A stretch of DNA of 63,558 nt, filler included, from Aduncisulcus paluster (GCA_024181965.1; 5 parts of 5 records of this genome joined end to end with filler, not necessarily neighbours in it), one strand, 5' to 3'. Positions 43,867 to 57,212 are shown, counted from the first letter of the whole stretch. Translations and numbers: made by a program. The notes: a model not told the origin generated them from the sequence alone.

Positions 43867-46800
43867 TTAATCCTCCTCTTCATACAACGTTGAGTGACCA
43901 TTAATATCACAAGTAGCATCAACCCAGACAATATTCAGCAATATACCTTGCTCCCCAAGATCCTTAACAGTCTTGGATATTCTCCAGAAGAAGAAATAGA
44001 GGAAAGAAGTGAAGAAAGTACAGATAGAAACAGACCATAGGAAGATACTAATACTCAAACGAGATAAGTTATCAGTTATCAAACCCCCTGCGATACTTCC
44101 AATTCCAACAACAATGTTTGGAATAATCTTATCATTGTAATAGTGAAGATAAGCATATTCCATGGTCACATCGGGAAAAGAAGATGCCGTATAAGCGTAT
44201 GCACTTGCAAGTTCAGCATATACATCCTTGAATTGAGCCAGAATAGATGTGCGGAAAACATGCAAGATATCAAGCACTGCCGAAGAAGAAATCATCTGGA
44301 AGACATTAGGCGGACATAAGGAGGAATCATCGAAAATGCATGATGTGTACTGTACATTGTCAGTGGCTGAGGGTCCGTACAAAATGAAATCCATCAAATC
44401 TGTGGCATGAATTTTGGTCAAAGACGGAAACATCATGAACTTGATCACATCAGGATCAACCTCAGAACTAGACGTGTTATCTATCAGCATGTCCTCCAGC
44501 ATTGAAATATATTGATCGGTCATCCCATCCATTGCAAGGGTTGTCTGAGCCTCAATCATCTCCGTAGAAGACACCATCCGTGACATGAGATCAGACAAGT
44601 CGGTATCGCCAAAGTCAAGGTCATTTCTACTCATGACCATGGAAGTTGAGTATAATCCATCAGAACAATAGGTTGTTCCTGCCTCAAGACACCAGAATCT
44701 GGCTATACTCCTCAGAGTTGAGCTGAAATAGGAGTCTACGAGGAAGAAATAGCCATAAAACACAGCCCCCATCACAACAAACCAAACAACTTGGACGGCT
44801 ACAATGTTAAAGAGTAGTTTGAAGGGATAAGCAATCTTCAAGGAAACTTCACCGTTATCCTCTTCCTCGTTTTCCTCCTCTTCTTCTCCATTACTGCCGC
44901 CTGCAACGAACCAGTCCCCAAAGTCAGCCTCGTCTTCGTCTTCATTGTGGAGATTAAATACAACATCATTGCCTTCAGCGTGATAAGCCTCAGCATCGCC
45001 GTCAAGGCCACCATTGGAGAGACTGGAATGTGAAGCATGGAGGCTATGACTACTGGAATGATGGCCAAGGGAACGTGATGAAGCCATAAAACTGACACCA
45101 CGTGAGGAATCATTGCCAGTCATTGCATTGGCTTCTCCTTCCTGACCTGTCTGCATCCTTTTCCTCTTTGTGAAGGCAGCTTTTGCATGTTCTAAAAATA
45201 GATCAACAGTGACGTAATCAACATGAAGGAACTTCTCAAGATTCTTATATTGGTGCAAGAAAGATGGTCTAATATAAAATATGTATAAAAATATTGTCAC
45301 AATAACCACAAGACAAGTAATTGCTATTATATACCACTCAAGTCTCATTCTATCCTCTGAATATTGATCGAACACGTAAGACACGGTGCTATACAACAAT
45401 TTCTCAAGAGATTCGACGATAGTAACACTCTTGATAACACGGTCCAAGGCCCAGGCAGCGCCATTGGCATCACACCCATGGGAAGTGAAAGAGTCATGTG
45501 TCTTGAGAAATTCCAATGCAGCTGGTGGGTCAAAGTCCTCGGACGCAGAAAGCTCACTTGTTGAGGATGTGTGTAAAGCCTCCCAGAGTTCATCAGAGGA
45601 ACATACTGCAAGCTTACGCATGTCACTAGCAAGTTCAATCAGAGCAATAGGGAGCATCTTCTCCTCTGTCTCCCCAAAAGAGTTGAGCAATTCAACCTTA
45701 GCTGACGTCTGAGTGATTATATCTGTCTTCACGGTGGCACTCTCACGAGATGAATCCAGAGTGTCAAAGTCAGACACATTCATTGTGCCCATTGAAACAT
45801 CCACTTGGTTCAGGATCATGGCATCAATATTGTTTAAGTTGGCAGTACTAGCATTTGCTAGTACAATCTCTGATAGTTCATCCACCATGATCGAACTGGT
45901 AAACAATGGATCGGGATCGTGCTCTTCAAACTCAATGAATTGAATGGCATGGGTAAAAAGATCACGAGTCTGTCGTTGCAAGTGGAACAACACAGTCAGA
46001 TCGGCACGGGTGAGATCTAAATCAGAGACGGTGTTCAAGAAAGTAATGAGAACGAAACACACTGCTCCCAACGCCAACAGAAGCATAACAATGGTACTGA
46101 TGCATCGCATTGCAGTCACTCCCTTGTGAATGACCTGCCCCTCACCCTCATCAGAGTCATTGAGTTGCTCAAGGATCTCAACGGGGGGAGAGATGACTCC
46201 CTGTTGTTGTGCTGTCGTCTTATTCTTGAAAATAGAGTTCAGTGATGTCGCAAGAGCAACACTATTCGTGTTCGATTTCTCCATTTCATCAGCTACCATC
46301 AAGTAAAAATCACTAATCTCACTCCTTCCAGAGATATCAAGGATGAACTCGCTGTACGCTCGACAGACACGGGGAGTGGAATATTCCATAAGCTCAAAGA
46401 ACCCACGTTCACTTCGCATTATGGCTTTGTGCAGAGACTGGATATCGTTTGTTAATCTATTCATAGTGGCATAAGGAATCGAATACACTTTGTTCTTGCT
46501 CTTCTTACCACCAGATGAGGGATGTTTTCCATTTCCAACTCTTGACAAAATTACAGAAGGAGTCTCGTTCGAATTGCTTACTGTGGTGTTAACACTAAAG
46601 TCACTCACAGAATTCGTAGACCCAGCAAGATCCAACATCGAGTTAAAGCTCTGAGAACCATGGAAACCAGTGTTTAACTCACTCATAGCAACACTACTAT
46701 CTCGTCGAACAATCGAGGAATTCCTTTTGGTAGCAGCACGAAGTTTCCGATCTTTTGCCCGTCGCTTCTTCCTCTCCAGCTTCTTCTTTCGTTCATGTTC

Positions 46801-49798
46801 CTTTCGTTTCTCTTCATTCTCTTGCTCAATTCTCTTGTCCATATCGAGTTTACACTCTTTAACACTGTTCCACACCTTCACAAGGGATGCAATGGCTTTG
46901 TTACTCTCGCTAACAGCACGGATATACAGTTTCTTTCGGTGCAACCGAGTTACGACATCGCCACCATCCCCTCCGAGCTTCTCACGTTCCTCGCTAGCAT
47001 GCTTAGAGAGGGAAAACAATAGGAATCGAAGGGAAAGTGATGTGGAATGGGTCTTACCATGCTCTGTAAGAAGTTTAAGTGCATGCTGGGACAAATGGGG
47101 AACAAACGAATTGGCAAAATCTGCGTATATCCACAGAGGTTCAACATCATCAACGAAATAATTCTTGGCATATTCAATCATGACGAGTCCAGTACGCACA
47201 AGAGGTGCAAGCGATCCATCACTAAGAATATGCCTGATAAACCTCTCCTCTCTTTCTGCAGGACTTACCTGGATAACGCCAGACGGTGATCTTGCTTGCA
47301 TTGAATATATAGACGAGTGAAACGATGACACGGAACCCTCATCATGCACAGAATGTCTCGAAGATGATCGTCCACTCTTTGAATTCATGCCCGAAGAATG
47401 ACCCTTGTATTTACCACCCTGAAATGACGATACAATACCCCCTCCCTTCCCTCCAGTAGAGATTGACCTATTATCCTTGACGACAATGGATGACAATGGT
47501 GTCTTTGGAGGAGGAGATGCAAGGGATGACAATGACACATGCGAGTGTGACTGAGAATGGAATAAGTTGTCAGACTCGTCATTGCTGGACTCAGTCTTGG
47601 ATGCCCTATCGTCTGAATATGAGTCCGAATAGGAAGAAGGTGGAGTCACGCTATCCTGTGAACTCCATCGCGTGAGAGTATTCGTTCCTTCACTTGGATT
47701 TAACACCCTTTCAATTGCACTTGAACTACCTCCCAAACCATCACCTCCCAAACCATCACCTCCCAAACCATCACTATGCTGACTATCGGTACTATTATTG
47801 TTATAGTCGTTGTCATCAGCATCACCGTACGCATGGAAGAAACCTGGCAAATGGGCAGTGGCGAGTGAGGGAACACTCACGACTGGATTTGCTCGAAACA
47901 CTTCAAGCTCACGCTCAATCCCTTCGTTGATTTCTTTCAGCAGAGGGCGCATTGACCGTGTAACATCCCGCACCGATGTCCATTTTGGAGGCTGCAGTTT
48001 CATTGAAGAAAGAGAGAGAGCAAAGAGGAGAGAAGGATCTTTCATGAAGAAAGGGGAAGGCGGAATTAGATGTGAGGCGGAAGAAAGTGCCTGTTGGACA
48101 TGAGACGAAGAAAAGGCACTCTTAGGTTGACTGGAGCTCGATGATTGTCCTTTCCCATGCTGTATCACATAGCTGGATGATACAGCTCCTTCTTCAGCAT
48201 CCTTAAGGGCGGATTTAGACAAAGCTTCAGGCAACACAGGAGGTTGGAACTCATGTGGTCTCCCTTTTGGCATCAATGGCAGTGTCTGACTACTGGTGAT
48301 TAATGAAGGATTATGAACAAGGGGTGGAATGGAAGAAGAAGACGATGTCTTAACGTGTGAGTGTGCGGAAGGATGCCGAGAAGAGCCACTCAAATGTCTG
48401 GATATCCTACCAGTGCCAGGCATTGACTTGGAACGATTAATTCCTTTCTTCTTCTTCTTTTGACGAGTTGAAACGGAAGACGAGTTGTGAATGGAGGCTT
48501 TGAGTTGAGTTTTAATTAAATCGATGGAACTCTTCCCGTTCTTCTTCTTTTTAGAGTGTTTATCATCGGATATCTTTGCCGGAATAAGACCTTTTGCCTG
48601 CATAGCATTAAGAACTCGCATATATCGTTCAATTTTCTTGGCATTTTGAACAGTTTCGTTTACCATTGAACCATGGAGTTTCATGACTCCAACAGCGATT
48701 CCACAGGCGAGCAACACAGCCCCAAGAAGGAATAATATTGTGATAAGCGTTGACGGAGAATAAGACGTATCGATACTCCTGGCAACAAGAATAAAAGAAG
48801 CGAAAATAAAATACAAGACATAAGTGAAAATTTTAAACATATTCGTGAAGGCTCGATAGAAAGGAATATCAAAAGTCATGCACAGCACACTGAAGAAAGC
48901 ATGCATGAATATCAAGTAAACTCTTCCATCTTTCCCTATAAGAGGACTGATAAGACACACACACAGCTTAAAGAAGAGCAAGAGTGTTGTCGTATGTGCA
49001 TCTCGCTTTGAAAGCATGTTAGGTCTGAGCATTTTCCCGTCAAAGGAGATGTTTGAAGATAAAATACTGTAAAGGGCATGGATGAGACCTGTACAGAGGA
49101 AGATAAGAGCAAAGGCTTCTGGAACCTCATGGTCAATGACCCAGGCTGCAAACATATTGGATAGAAATGAAATAATTGGAATGAAGAGGATTGATGTGGA
49201 CAGTCCCGTGATCGATCGAAGTAGGACAACGGCAAAAAGTGGCGGCGATTGTCCCTTTAAGGTCTTATTCATGATAATAATAACAATAATAACCTCTACA
49301 GCAAGCAAGGAAAGCAATCCAAAAGAAATAACATATTTTGCTGTGAGACTATCTAGCATAGAGAAGAAATTAAGCCGAGAAATATTGAAAATCTGGGCCA
49401 ACACATCTAATATAGATTGATTTGAAACTAAACTAAGATCAACTGGTAAAGAAAGGGATAATAACTGCAATAATTCAATAATAGTAGCGAAAAGTGAAAG
49501 TGTACTCATCATGGAATTGTTTTGAACAAGCCAAAATAATGACGAAAATATTCCATGTTCAATTTGTCCAAGAAATGAGTTTTTAACGACATAAGCATCG
49601 GAAACACGACTTGAAACCGAATTGGTGGATTTCGTCTCGAGCAGGGTATTATAATCTCCTATGATTATTAAGGAACGAAATGAATTAAATACAAAGGTTA
49701 AATAATAAAAATAAGATTTTAGTGCGCCAATAATAATAATATTCTGGAGAATAGAAAACCTTTGATCAAACACAAAAAAATAACATACTTCCAGGCAT
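43867..49798 (-). CDS. TmcB/TmcC-like (tiny macrocysts) multi-pass membrane protein; 2 exons (49789-49798, 43867-49658)
   Basis: Spliced start MPGRDYNTLLETK; N-terminal TM block (IELLQLLSL, ILFIPII, IPFY), helical YADF / RAYSEFILDI segments, further C-terminal TM pairs. Family call from motif memory. Confidence 0.75.
49659..49788 (-). other. Spliceosomal intron (130 nt, phase 1)
   Basis: ATGCCTGGAA|GTATGT...TAATAATCATAG|GAGAT; supplies an ATG in frame to an ORF whose first ~40 codons are AT-rich and start at GTG. Confidence 0.85.
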
Positions 49799-50093
49799 TT
49801 AATGACTGATAAGCTTATAATATTGATAATATTATGAATAATATCACAAACAAAATATCAAAAAATACCAGAGGTTGATGCAAGTTCGACTGAAATAGGA
49901 TTCAGCTCGAAGAACCAATAGGAAGTGGATTGAAGCAATCAATATATAGAATAAACGCAAAAGTAAATCTTTTTAAAATATTTGTTGACAATTTACTTGA
50001 TTTCTCGAGCAGATAGAGAAGTTCTCTAAGAGAACAGCAAGAGAAGGTCGGGATCGACAAAAACAATTTATTATTCGAAGGTTATTAAGCAAA

Positions 50094-50386
50094 TTACTCG
50101 TATGTGATGGCTTCCTGAGGACAAGTTCCGACACAGGCACAACACTCGATACAATCATCTCTCTTAGCCTCGATAAAGACACACTTTCCCTCAACAATTT
50201 CGAGGCATTCAGATGGACAGGCATCAACACACTCACCACATCCTAAATTTGTAAAAAGAAAAATCATATAGTTGAGAGAACAAGGACTACAATTAGATCA
50301 TACTAGAAGAGCAAAATAGCAAGAATGAGCTAAAATATCGACTTGAACGTACCAATACATAAATCAGGGTTAACAACGATAGGCAT
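50094..50386 (-). CDS. 2[4Fe-4S] ferredoxin, 60 aa; 2 exons (50353-50386, 50094-50242)
   Basis: Spliced product MPIVVNPDLCIGCGECVDACPSECLEIVEGKCVFIEAKRDDCIECCACVGTCPQEAITYE has two CxxCxxCxxxCP motifs. Confidence 0.95.
50243..50352 (-). other. Spliceosomal intron (110 nt, phase 1)
   Basis: TGTATTG|GTACGT...TACAAATTTAG|GATGT; removal restores the first cluster motif exactly. Confidence 0.93.
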
Positions 50387-50711
50387 TTATATTATCTTTG
50401 AAAACAGAACGTTCCCAAAAGATGCACTTTGTGTTTTTTACCATATCGAGTGCAAAATAATTTGAAAAAGAGATATCTATTCGATTTTTTTCAAATGAAC
50501 TCAATAATAATGAAAAATGTTAGGCTCTTTTGACAAGGATACGATCAGGGAAGATTTCTGGAATGGATCCTTCATTCACAACCACAAATTCATTGTTTTA
50601 TTGTATTTGAATTGTAATCACGAAAATAAGATTAATATAAATAAAAAAATAACAAAACGATGTTTGAATCCATCAGAGAAAACAACTTGGACAAGAACTG
50701 GAGAAAATGAT

Positions 50712-51137
50712 TCATTCCTTCATCTCGACTTTCAAAGTGGATTTAGTTGAAGATTCCCGTTTCTCAAGGATGAGTTGTTTGGATTCTCCCTTTCCTTTCT
50801 TTCCCTTTCTGCCGTGGGATTTCTTTTTCCCTCTTTTCTTACTATCACCCTCCTTGGGTTTTCCCTCTTCTTCTTTCTCAAGTTTTTCTTCCTCTTCCTC
50901 CTTTCTCTTCCTCTCCTCAGCAGCCTTCTTGGCATTGGAAATATTCCAAGTGTTGGTCTTGAATTCGAGTTGACTTCCAAGCTCTCTGGCCAATTTTGTG
51001 GCAACGCGGCGGCGAACAGCAACATCACTAATGTTATCAGTCCAAATGGTGAGGGTATACTTTTTCTCACGGGAAGCAAGAGACAATCCAACGATAGAGG
51101 GCTCTTCAAGTCTCTCTCCGATAATAGAGAACAACAG
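50712..51137 (-). CDS. eIF4E: eIF4E-family cap-binding protein, C-terminal part (5'-partial)
   Basis: SIIGERLEEPSIVGLSLASREKKYTLTIWTDN matches the eIF4E xIGE...ICG.VVS.R...D.I.IWT segment; Lys/Glu-rich tail. Confidence 0.8.
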   Translation of the reverse strand: MLFSIIGERLEEPSIVGLSLASREKKYTLTIWTDNISDVAVRRRVATKLARELGSQLEFKTNTWNISNAKKAAEERKRKEEEEEKLEKEEEGKPKEGDSKKRGKKKSHGRKGKKGKGESKQLILEKRESSTKSTLKVEMKE

Positions 51138-51237
51138 NNNNNNNNNNNNNNNNNNNNNNNNNNNNNNNNNNNNNNNNNNNNTTAATTAATTAANNNNNNN
51201 NNNNNNNNNNNNNNNNNNNNNNNNNNNNNNNNNNNNN
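51138..51237. other. Artificial contig linker
   Basis: N44-TTAATTAATTAA-N44. Confidence 0.98.
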
Positions 51238-52292
51238 GAGAAACGAGAGTGGGAGAGGGATTTGTTCGAGGTTAGGGTGGCAAATTCTTGTTTGGGCCGA
51301 AAACATATCACCCAATCGAACATATCATAAATGAATCCACTGGAACCCTTAAACAGACCCTTGAGAGTCGACTCAATGAGGGGAAGACAGCATTGGACTC
51401 CCCCATCAGAAGACAAAAAGGGAAGGGAAGGACCTGTGGGGATTAGTTCACGTATCATACCATTAGAGAGCCCTACTGGCATCATCCTGGAGGAATCAGA
51501 AGATGTGAAATATGACGCATATGTGGATTGAATCGAGGAAGATGGAAGTGGAGTCAGTGATGAACGTCTTCTCTTTCCAATACTCTCTTGACAGCCAATA
51601 AGGACTGATTTTGACCGTTTTAACTTCATTTTGACCATCTGAGAATACAAATCTCGCTGAGATTTCGAAGATAAATTCTGGAGATGATCGATAATCCAAG
51701 ACTTGGAACATGGATTCATTATGGCTGAAAATGAAGCCTTGATACCACTACTGGGAATATCAAGGAAAAATGATAACGGAGATACAATTTTATGCACTTG
51801 AGAAAGAAGAGTTGAACAGGATTGGGAAGAACTGGAAACAAATAGAAGATTGAGAGGGAATTCATTCAAAGAAAAGATGGACAATGTTGCAAATAAGGAC
51901 GCTAAAGGGAAATGATATTGCGGATCACCATTACAAAGAAAGGAAGCGATAGTTTTAACAAGAAGAGATCGATCGTGATATAATTGTTCAGAATACATTT
52001 GAACATCTCTATTTTGCAGCAATAAAGGATTAGATAAGAATTTTAATGCTATCTTTCGCATATGTATGATAAGAGGAGGAGTAGTTTCGGTATTAACCCG
52101 TACAATAACCCAGTCTCCTTCATGAAACAGAGATTCGGTTCCCAAGGGGGCAGAAAAGACATAAAAATTATTTGATAATGTTAAAAAATCAATTTTAATT
52201 CGATTTAAAGTTATATATGCGGGAGATTCTATACTATTATCAAAAGGAGAAACATTATACACGACTCCCAAAAATGCTGAAATATTCGACAT
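51238..52292 (-). CDS. Degenerate MCM-like protein (MCMDC2-like?), 3'-partial
   Basis: OB-fold-like FLGVVYNVSP...LFHEGDWVIVRV, then AAA+-like LNLLFVSSSSQSCSTLLSQVHKIVSP, WIIDHLQNL, SVLIGC, YDMFDWVI in MCM order. Start could be 52292 or 52391. Confidence 0.5.
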
Positions 52293-52950
52293 AAATGATA
52301 TAATGGAAAATAAATTGTACCTAAAAGTTAAATTTACAATAAAAATCAGAGGCCAAAAGAAGAAAATCAAGACAGAAAGAAATTCCACCATTCATAAAAC
52401 GAGAAAACCCTTGATATCATGAAATAATTTTTAAAAAAATTATTTAATTGATTGATTAATTAAGAATAATTCATTAATAAGAAGTAGGATATCAGCCATT
52501 GACCAATATCAAAAAATAATAAAGTCATTCAATTGGTGATTAGCCCATATCAAAGTGAATAAAAAACATTCCATATACTATACTAATTGAGGATTTGCTT
52601 TTAACATGACCACTTTAGATGTTCAACCATGCGGAATAGCTAATATTGTATTGACACATCATATGTAATTATAATCAGGATTTTCTTCAAATAATTTGGT
52701 TGAAATGCTAACATTTCATAAATTTCCATTGAAATAATTATCAATAAATTTGCAATATCGATGCAGGACACAAAAACTATTGTGAACATTAATATGATTA
52801 TCTTCAGACAATATAGTAATTCATTTCTTTCATTTTCAAGCTTTATAAAGCATAATATAACAACTATATGGAAACAATTAATCAATGCGAGCAACAACGA
52901 ATTTTTCAAAAAATTCAGCGCTTTTTCTTGACAAGACGCCTATATAAAGA

Positions 52951-55900
52951 ATGCATGAAATTGTTTTATATGCAAAAGGTCCGCAGCCACTGTTAAATTG
53001 GAAAATTGAGAAAAATGCAATTAAAAAGGTCTTTAATCGCTCGATAAAATGTTTTGTCATTTCTGTTGGAGCAGCACCGGGATCGAGAATGTACACCCCA
53101 AAAGAATCACATAAATCATGTATGTTTGTCTAAATATCGAAATTATTCAATGATTATTTATCATTTTTGACTGTGACAAGTTGTTTTTTCTTATATCTCA
53201 ATCATTTGTTATAATTTTTACATCATTTTAATCTAATTTTAATTTTTTATGTAATACTAATAATTAATTTGTTTTATAATATAGTACGAATTGGATTACC
53301 ATATGTAGTTCTTCAAATTTTTATTCCACCTGGACAATCATTTTCATTTGAGATTGGGGCGAGTGGAGCCGATGGTACACGGCGTAAATTTTATTTTAGC
53401 TCTGTATTTAGGAATCAAAATGTTACTCCTCTGCATGCAAGAATTCCACTCCACGCCATTACTTCTCGTTGGGTCAATCTTGTAGTTGACACAAGATCCT
53501 TACTTAAACATTATTTTTCTGTCGATTTTGGGGCCGTTGACCAGATTACTATTAATCCCAATGTTAATATCCGCCGAATATTCCTGATTCGAGATCTTCC
53601 TCCTCCAACTGTGAAAATAATTGATTTAGACCAACAAAAAATTACTAAAGGATATAAAAAATATGATAAAAAAAGACATGATCGTAAAAAAATGAAGTCT
53701 CGTGCCAGCGATGAATCTAGGATGAGATCGTCAAGAAGTCTCTCCCGTGATGGTTTTCCTGACTCATTGACTGAACCATTCGATCCTAAAGTCCAAAAGC
53801 TACGTAGATCGCAGGAATTAGGCGAATATAATGCATCCCCCTTTGCCGGCCGTGCTTCTCGCCGCGAAGGAATTACTCGAGGCGGTCTGGGTCCAATTGT
53901 TCATTCAAAACGCCCATATTCCCGTGAACGAAGGGATAGAACACAAGAAGAAGACTATTCTTACGGTGAATATGATGAATATCTCGAGGAAGAGGAAGAA
54001 CCGTTCACTGAATCCCAATCTATTTCAGCACCAAGGCCCCTTCCACCGTATTTACTTCTCCCTATTGATGTCGACTGTGCCACACAAATCCTTGATGTTT
54101 CCTATGCCAAATTGTTTAGAAAGAACCGTTCAGAAGCTTCCAAGGATGGAATGAGAGATCCTGAGTCTGGAACATATCTTCATGGAGTTGTTAAAGAACG
54201 TAAACTGTGTGCCGTGACCGTTAAGAGTTTAGCAGCCGCCCAACAAGAAGCTGATCAGAGAAGGGAAAAAGAGCTCCAACTTAAGAAGAGGGCCTTCTTA
54301 ACTTCTGGTGGTGCCAAAAGAGCCTCGCATGTCAAGATTGCCGGAATAGATTCATACGAAGTTCCTCCCCGTCCAATGACATCTCTCCCCCCCCCACACC
54401 CTTCCAGATATCCCCATGGATTAAAGGAGGACATGCACATGAGAGGCTATAGTAGTCAAGAAGAAACGAGGGAAGAAAGGGATAAGAACAAAGATATGAG
54501 AGATGGAGTCAGAGCCAGTTCTCCATTGGCAAGAGAAGGACAATCGGCACCCAGATCTCGTCCTTATACGACCTCTGAGATGATACATCCTTCCTCCTCT
54601 TCCTCTTCCTCTTCCTCTTCCTCTTCCTCTTCCTCTTCCTCGTCTGGCGATTCACACGATAAGTATTATAGATATGGAGAGATATCTACGAAGGATGGAT
54701 ATTATAGGTATGTAGATCATCATGTAGAGAGAGAAAGACCTTCTCAAGATGGGGATAAATATAGATACAGAGATGAATATAGATATCGTGACGATGAATA
54801 TATTAGTGATGCTAAAAATAGAAAATTATATAAACCAGATACCAATGTTGAAGAAAGTGAGAGAAGAAAGCGAGCAAAAGAAAGAAGAAGAAGCGATGAG
54901 ACTGCAGAAGAAGAAGAAGGAGGAGAAGAAGAAGAAGAGAGGGGAACGAAACAGGACATTGAGTTTCTTAAAAGACAAAAATATTCAAAAGAACGTAGAG
55001 ATGAGGATGTTCGCTCCCGTCGAGCTGAAGAAGAGAGGAAACAAAGAGAAGAGAGACAAAAGAAGATAGATGAGCACCGAAAGAAAATACAAGAAGAAAA
55101 AAAGAGAATTCAACGATGGAAGAAAGATAAACAGCTTCGTCAGAGAGAAGAAAAAGAGATAATGATGCGAGCAAGAGAAGAGAGGATAAGAAAGGAAAAG
55201 GAAAGACAAAGAAACAGGGAAATGACAATATGGGGACCTTCCAAAGAAATTCCAAAGAAATCAACATCCATTCCAAGTACAAAGGAACCTACAAATATCA
55301 CCTCTGAAGGTACTCAAGATCTATTTATAGATACTAGTTCTTCAATAACTCAAAAACATAGAATATCCAAGAGAGAAAGAGTTAAAGGAGGACATAGAAA
55401 AACCCCTATTAAAGACTCTCGATTTGGATTTCCTTCCTCTTCCTCTTCCTCTTCCTCCTCCTCTTCCTCTAAAAAAGACGATCATCCTGATATTTTTAGC
55501 AAGAAACCCACCAAGACTACAGCCATATCTGCTCAGACAGACGGTATTCTTGGATGGCAGACCTCATCTATTGATGGAATTATACCTAATACAACAGTTC
55601 TTGAAGACAATAGTGATGCTACAAGAGCTATCAAAGCTGGTTCACAATCATCGAAGAAAAATCCTGAAATAGTCAAAGAATCAATGGTAAATAACAAGAG
55701 ATTGGCGGCTGAAAAAGCTTTGTTGCGATTACAAGCTCAAAAGCAGAAAAGGTTGGAGCTGGAAAAAGCCGAAGAGAAGAGGAGAGAAGAGGAAGAGAGG
55801 AGGAAAGAATTTTATTTGTCAATTCAAAACCAAGAAAAGGAAGCGAAAGAGCAATCGGAACGAAAGAGAAGAGAAGAGGAAAAAGCATTTAAGGAGAGAA

Positions 55901-56154
55901 AGGAGAAAGAAATAGAAGAAGAGATGGAAAGAAGACAAAAAGAAAAGGAAATATCAATGCAAGAAGTAGAAGCTAAAGATCGAAGAAAAAGAGAAGAAGA
56001 GAGAGAAGAAAGAGAGAGAGAAGAAAGAGAGAGAGAGGAAAAAGAGAGAGACATTCAACACGAAGGAGATTCCGATTCTATTTATAGAAATCAGTGTAGA
56101 CAACTTAGTGAACGCGAAGAAGCCATACGAAAGAGAGAACAAGAACTCCAGCGT
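52951..56154 (+). CDS. CFAP20-domain (DUF667) protein with long charged tail, CFAP20DC/C3orf67-like; 2 exons (52951-53119, 53285-), 3'-partial
   Basis: Spliced N-terminus ...GPQPLLNWKI...MYTPKESHKSLRIGLPYVVLQIFIPPGQSFSFEI...RRKFYFSS...HARIPL...WVNLVVD...NIRRIF fits the CFAP20 domain. Confidence 0.85.
53120..53284 (+). other. Spliceosomal intron (165 nt, phase 1)
   Basis: AAATCAT|GTATGT...TTATAATATAG|TACGA; joins ORF 52951 to ORF 53269 in frame. Confidence 0.9.
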
Positions 56155-56254
56155 NNNNNNNNNNNNNNNNNNNNNNNNNNNNNNNNNNNNNNNNNNNNTT
56201 AATTAATTAANNNNNNNNNNNNNNNNNNNNNNNNNNNNNNNNNNNNNNNNNNNN
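56155..56254. other. Artificial contig linker
   Basis: N44-TTAATTAATTAA-N44. Confidence 0.98.
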
Positions 56255-56721
56255 GGGCTGCCAAAGCCAAGCATGACACTGAAAAGGCTAGATTTGATGC
56301 CCAGAAGGCCATTGTTGATAGTTTAGAGGAAGAATTGAAAGGGCTGACCAAAACCACCACTGACCTTAAGGCTGATGTTAAGAAGAACGAAGTTGAGCTT
56401 ACTGAGATCACTGAACGTTTCTCTGACATTGAAAAGGATAAAGAATTCCATGCACGCGTCACTGTTGCCATTGGGAACCACATGAATCGTTGTGCTGATG
56501 CTGGAATCTTAAAAACAGTTAACAAAGCCATTGAATTGGTTGACAGGATGAAGGAATCCCCTGATCTTCAATCTGCCTATATCAGTGGCACACATGAAAT
56601 CTCTGATGTTGATCGTGATGCCACTTTGATGGTTGCTCGTCAATTTGCATTCGGACTCAAGAAAGATACCAAGGATGAGGAAGAACCCAAGGAAAAGGAA
56701 GAAGAAGAAGGAGAAAAGTGA
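56255..56721 (+). CDS. 3' end of a coiled-coil protein (5'-partial), unknown
   Basis: Frame open from the contig start (AAKAKHDTEKARFDAQKAIVDSLEEELKG...) to TGA at 56721. Confidence 0.75.
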
Positions 56722-57096
56722 TCATTTTGCCTGTGTTATTAATTTGTTTATGTATATTGCTCCCCTTTTCGCAAATCAATAAAATCATGGGTTGTTCAAC
56801 AAAATAACAAATATTTTTTTCTTTTACATTAACTTAGATTATTTTTTTTCGATTATTTATCGTTTATTTTAAGTGAATTCGACTTTAATGAGATATTAAT
56901 CTAAGTTGCCATTTAGCTGATGAAAACAGCCAATTTAAAAAGAAATAAGAAATATTCAACAAAATAAAGAAAAATATCATTAATAAAAGATTATATTTAA
57001 TTGTAGACCACGAATACACGAAAGTTTCTCAACATCTAAATCAAGATCATCTCCTGTGATAACTTAATTGTACTTCTTCTGACGTTAGGTTGAAGT

Positions 57097-57209
57097 GTAA
57101 GTATAATTATATCTCATTTCTTATTTTATTTCTTGTATTTGTAATAATTTTATTTATGATGTTATCTTATCTCCTCCCAATACGTATTTTTCTTGATCTT
57201 CTAATATAG
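57097..57209 (+). other. Candidate 5'-UTR intron of RPL44 (113 nt)
   Basis: GTAAGT...T-rich...TTCTAATATAG; 3' end matches the TAATATAG of the CFAP20-domain gene intron; no reading-frame test is possible. Confidence 0.55.
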
Positions 57210-57212
57210 CAA

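Noticed and set aside
47731..47773. 15-bp tandem repeat (TCCCAAACCATCACC, about three copies)
   Set aside because: In-frame coding repeat (DGLGG) in a disordered loop; no spacers, not CRISPR-like.
54591..54643. (TCCTCT)n tracts, also near 9608 and 55431
   Set aside because: Ordinary poly-Ser coding microsatellites that keep the frame.
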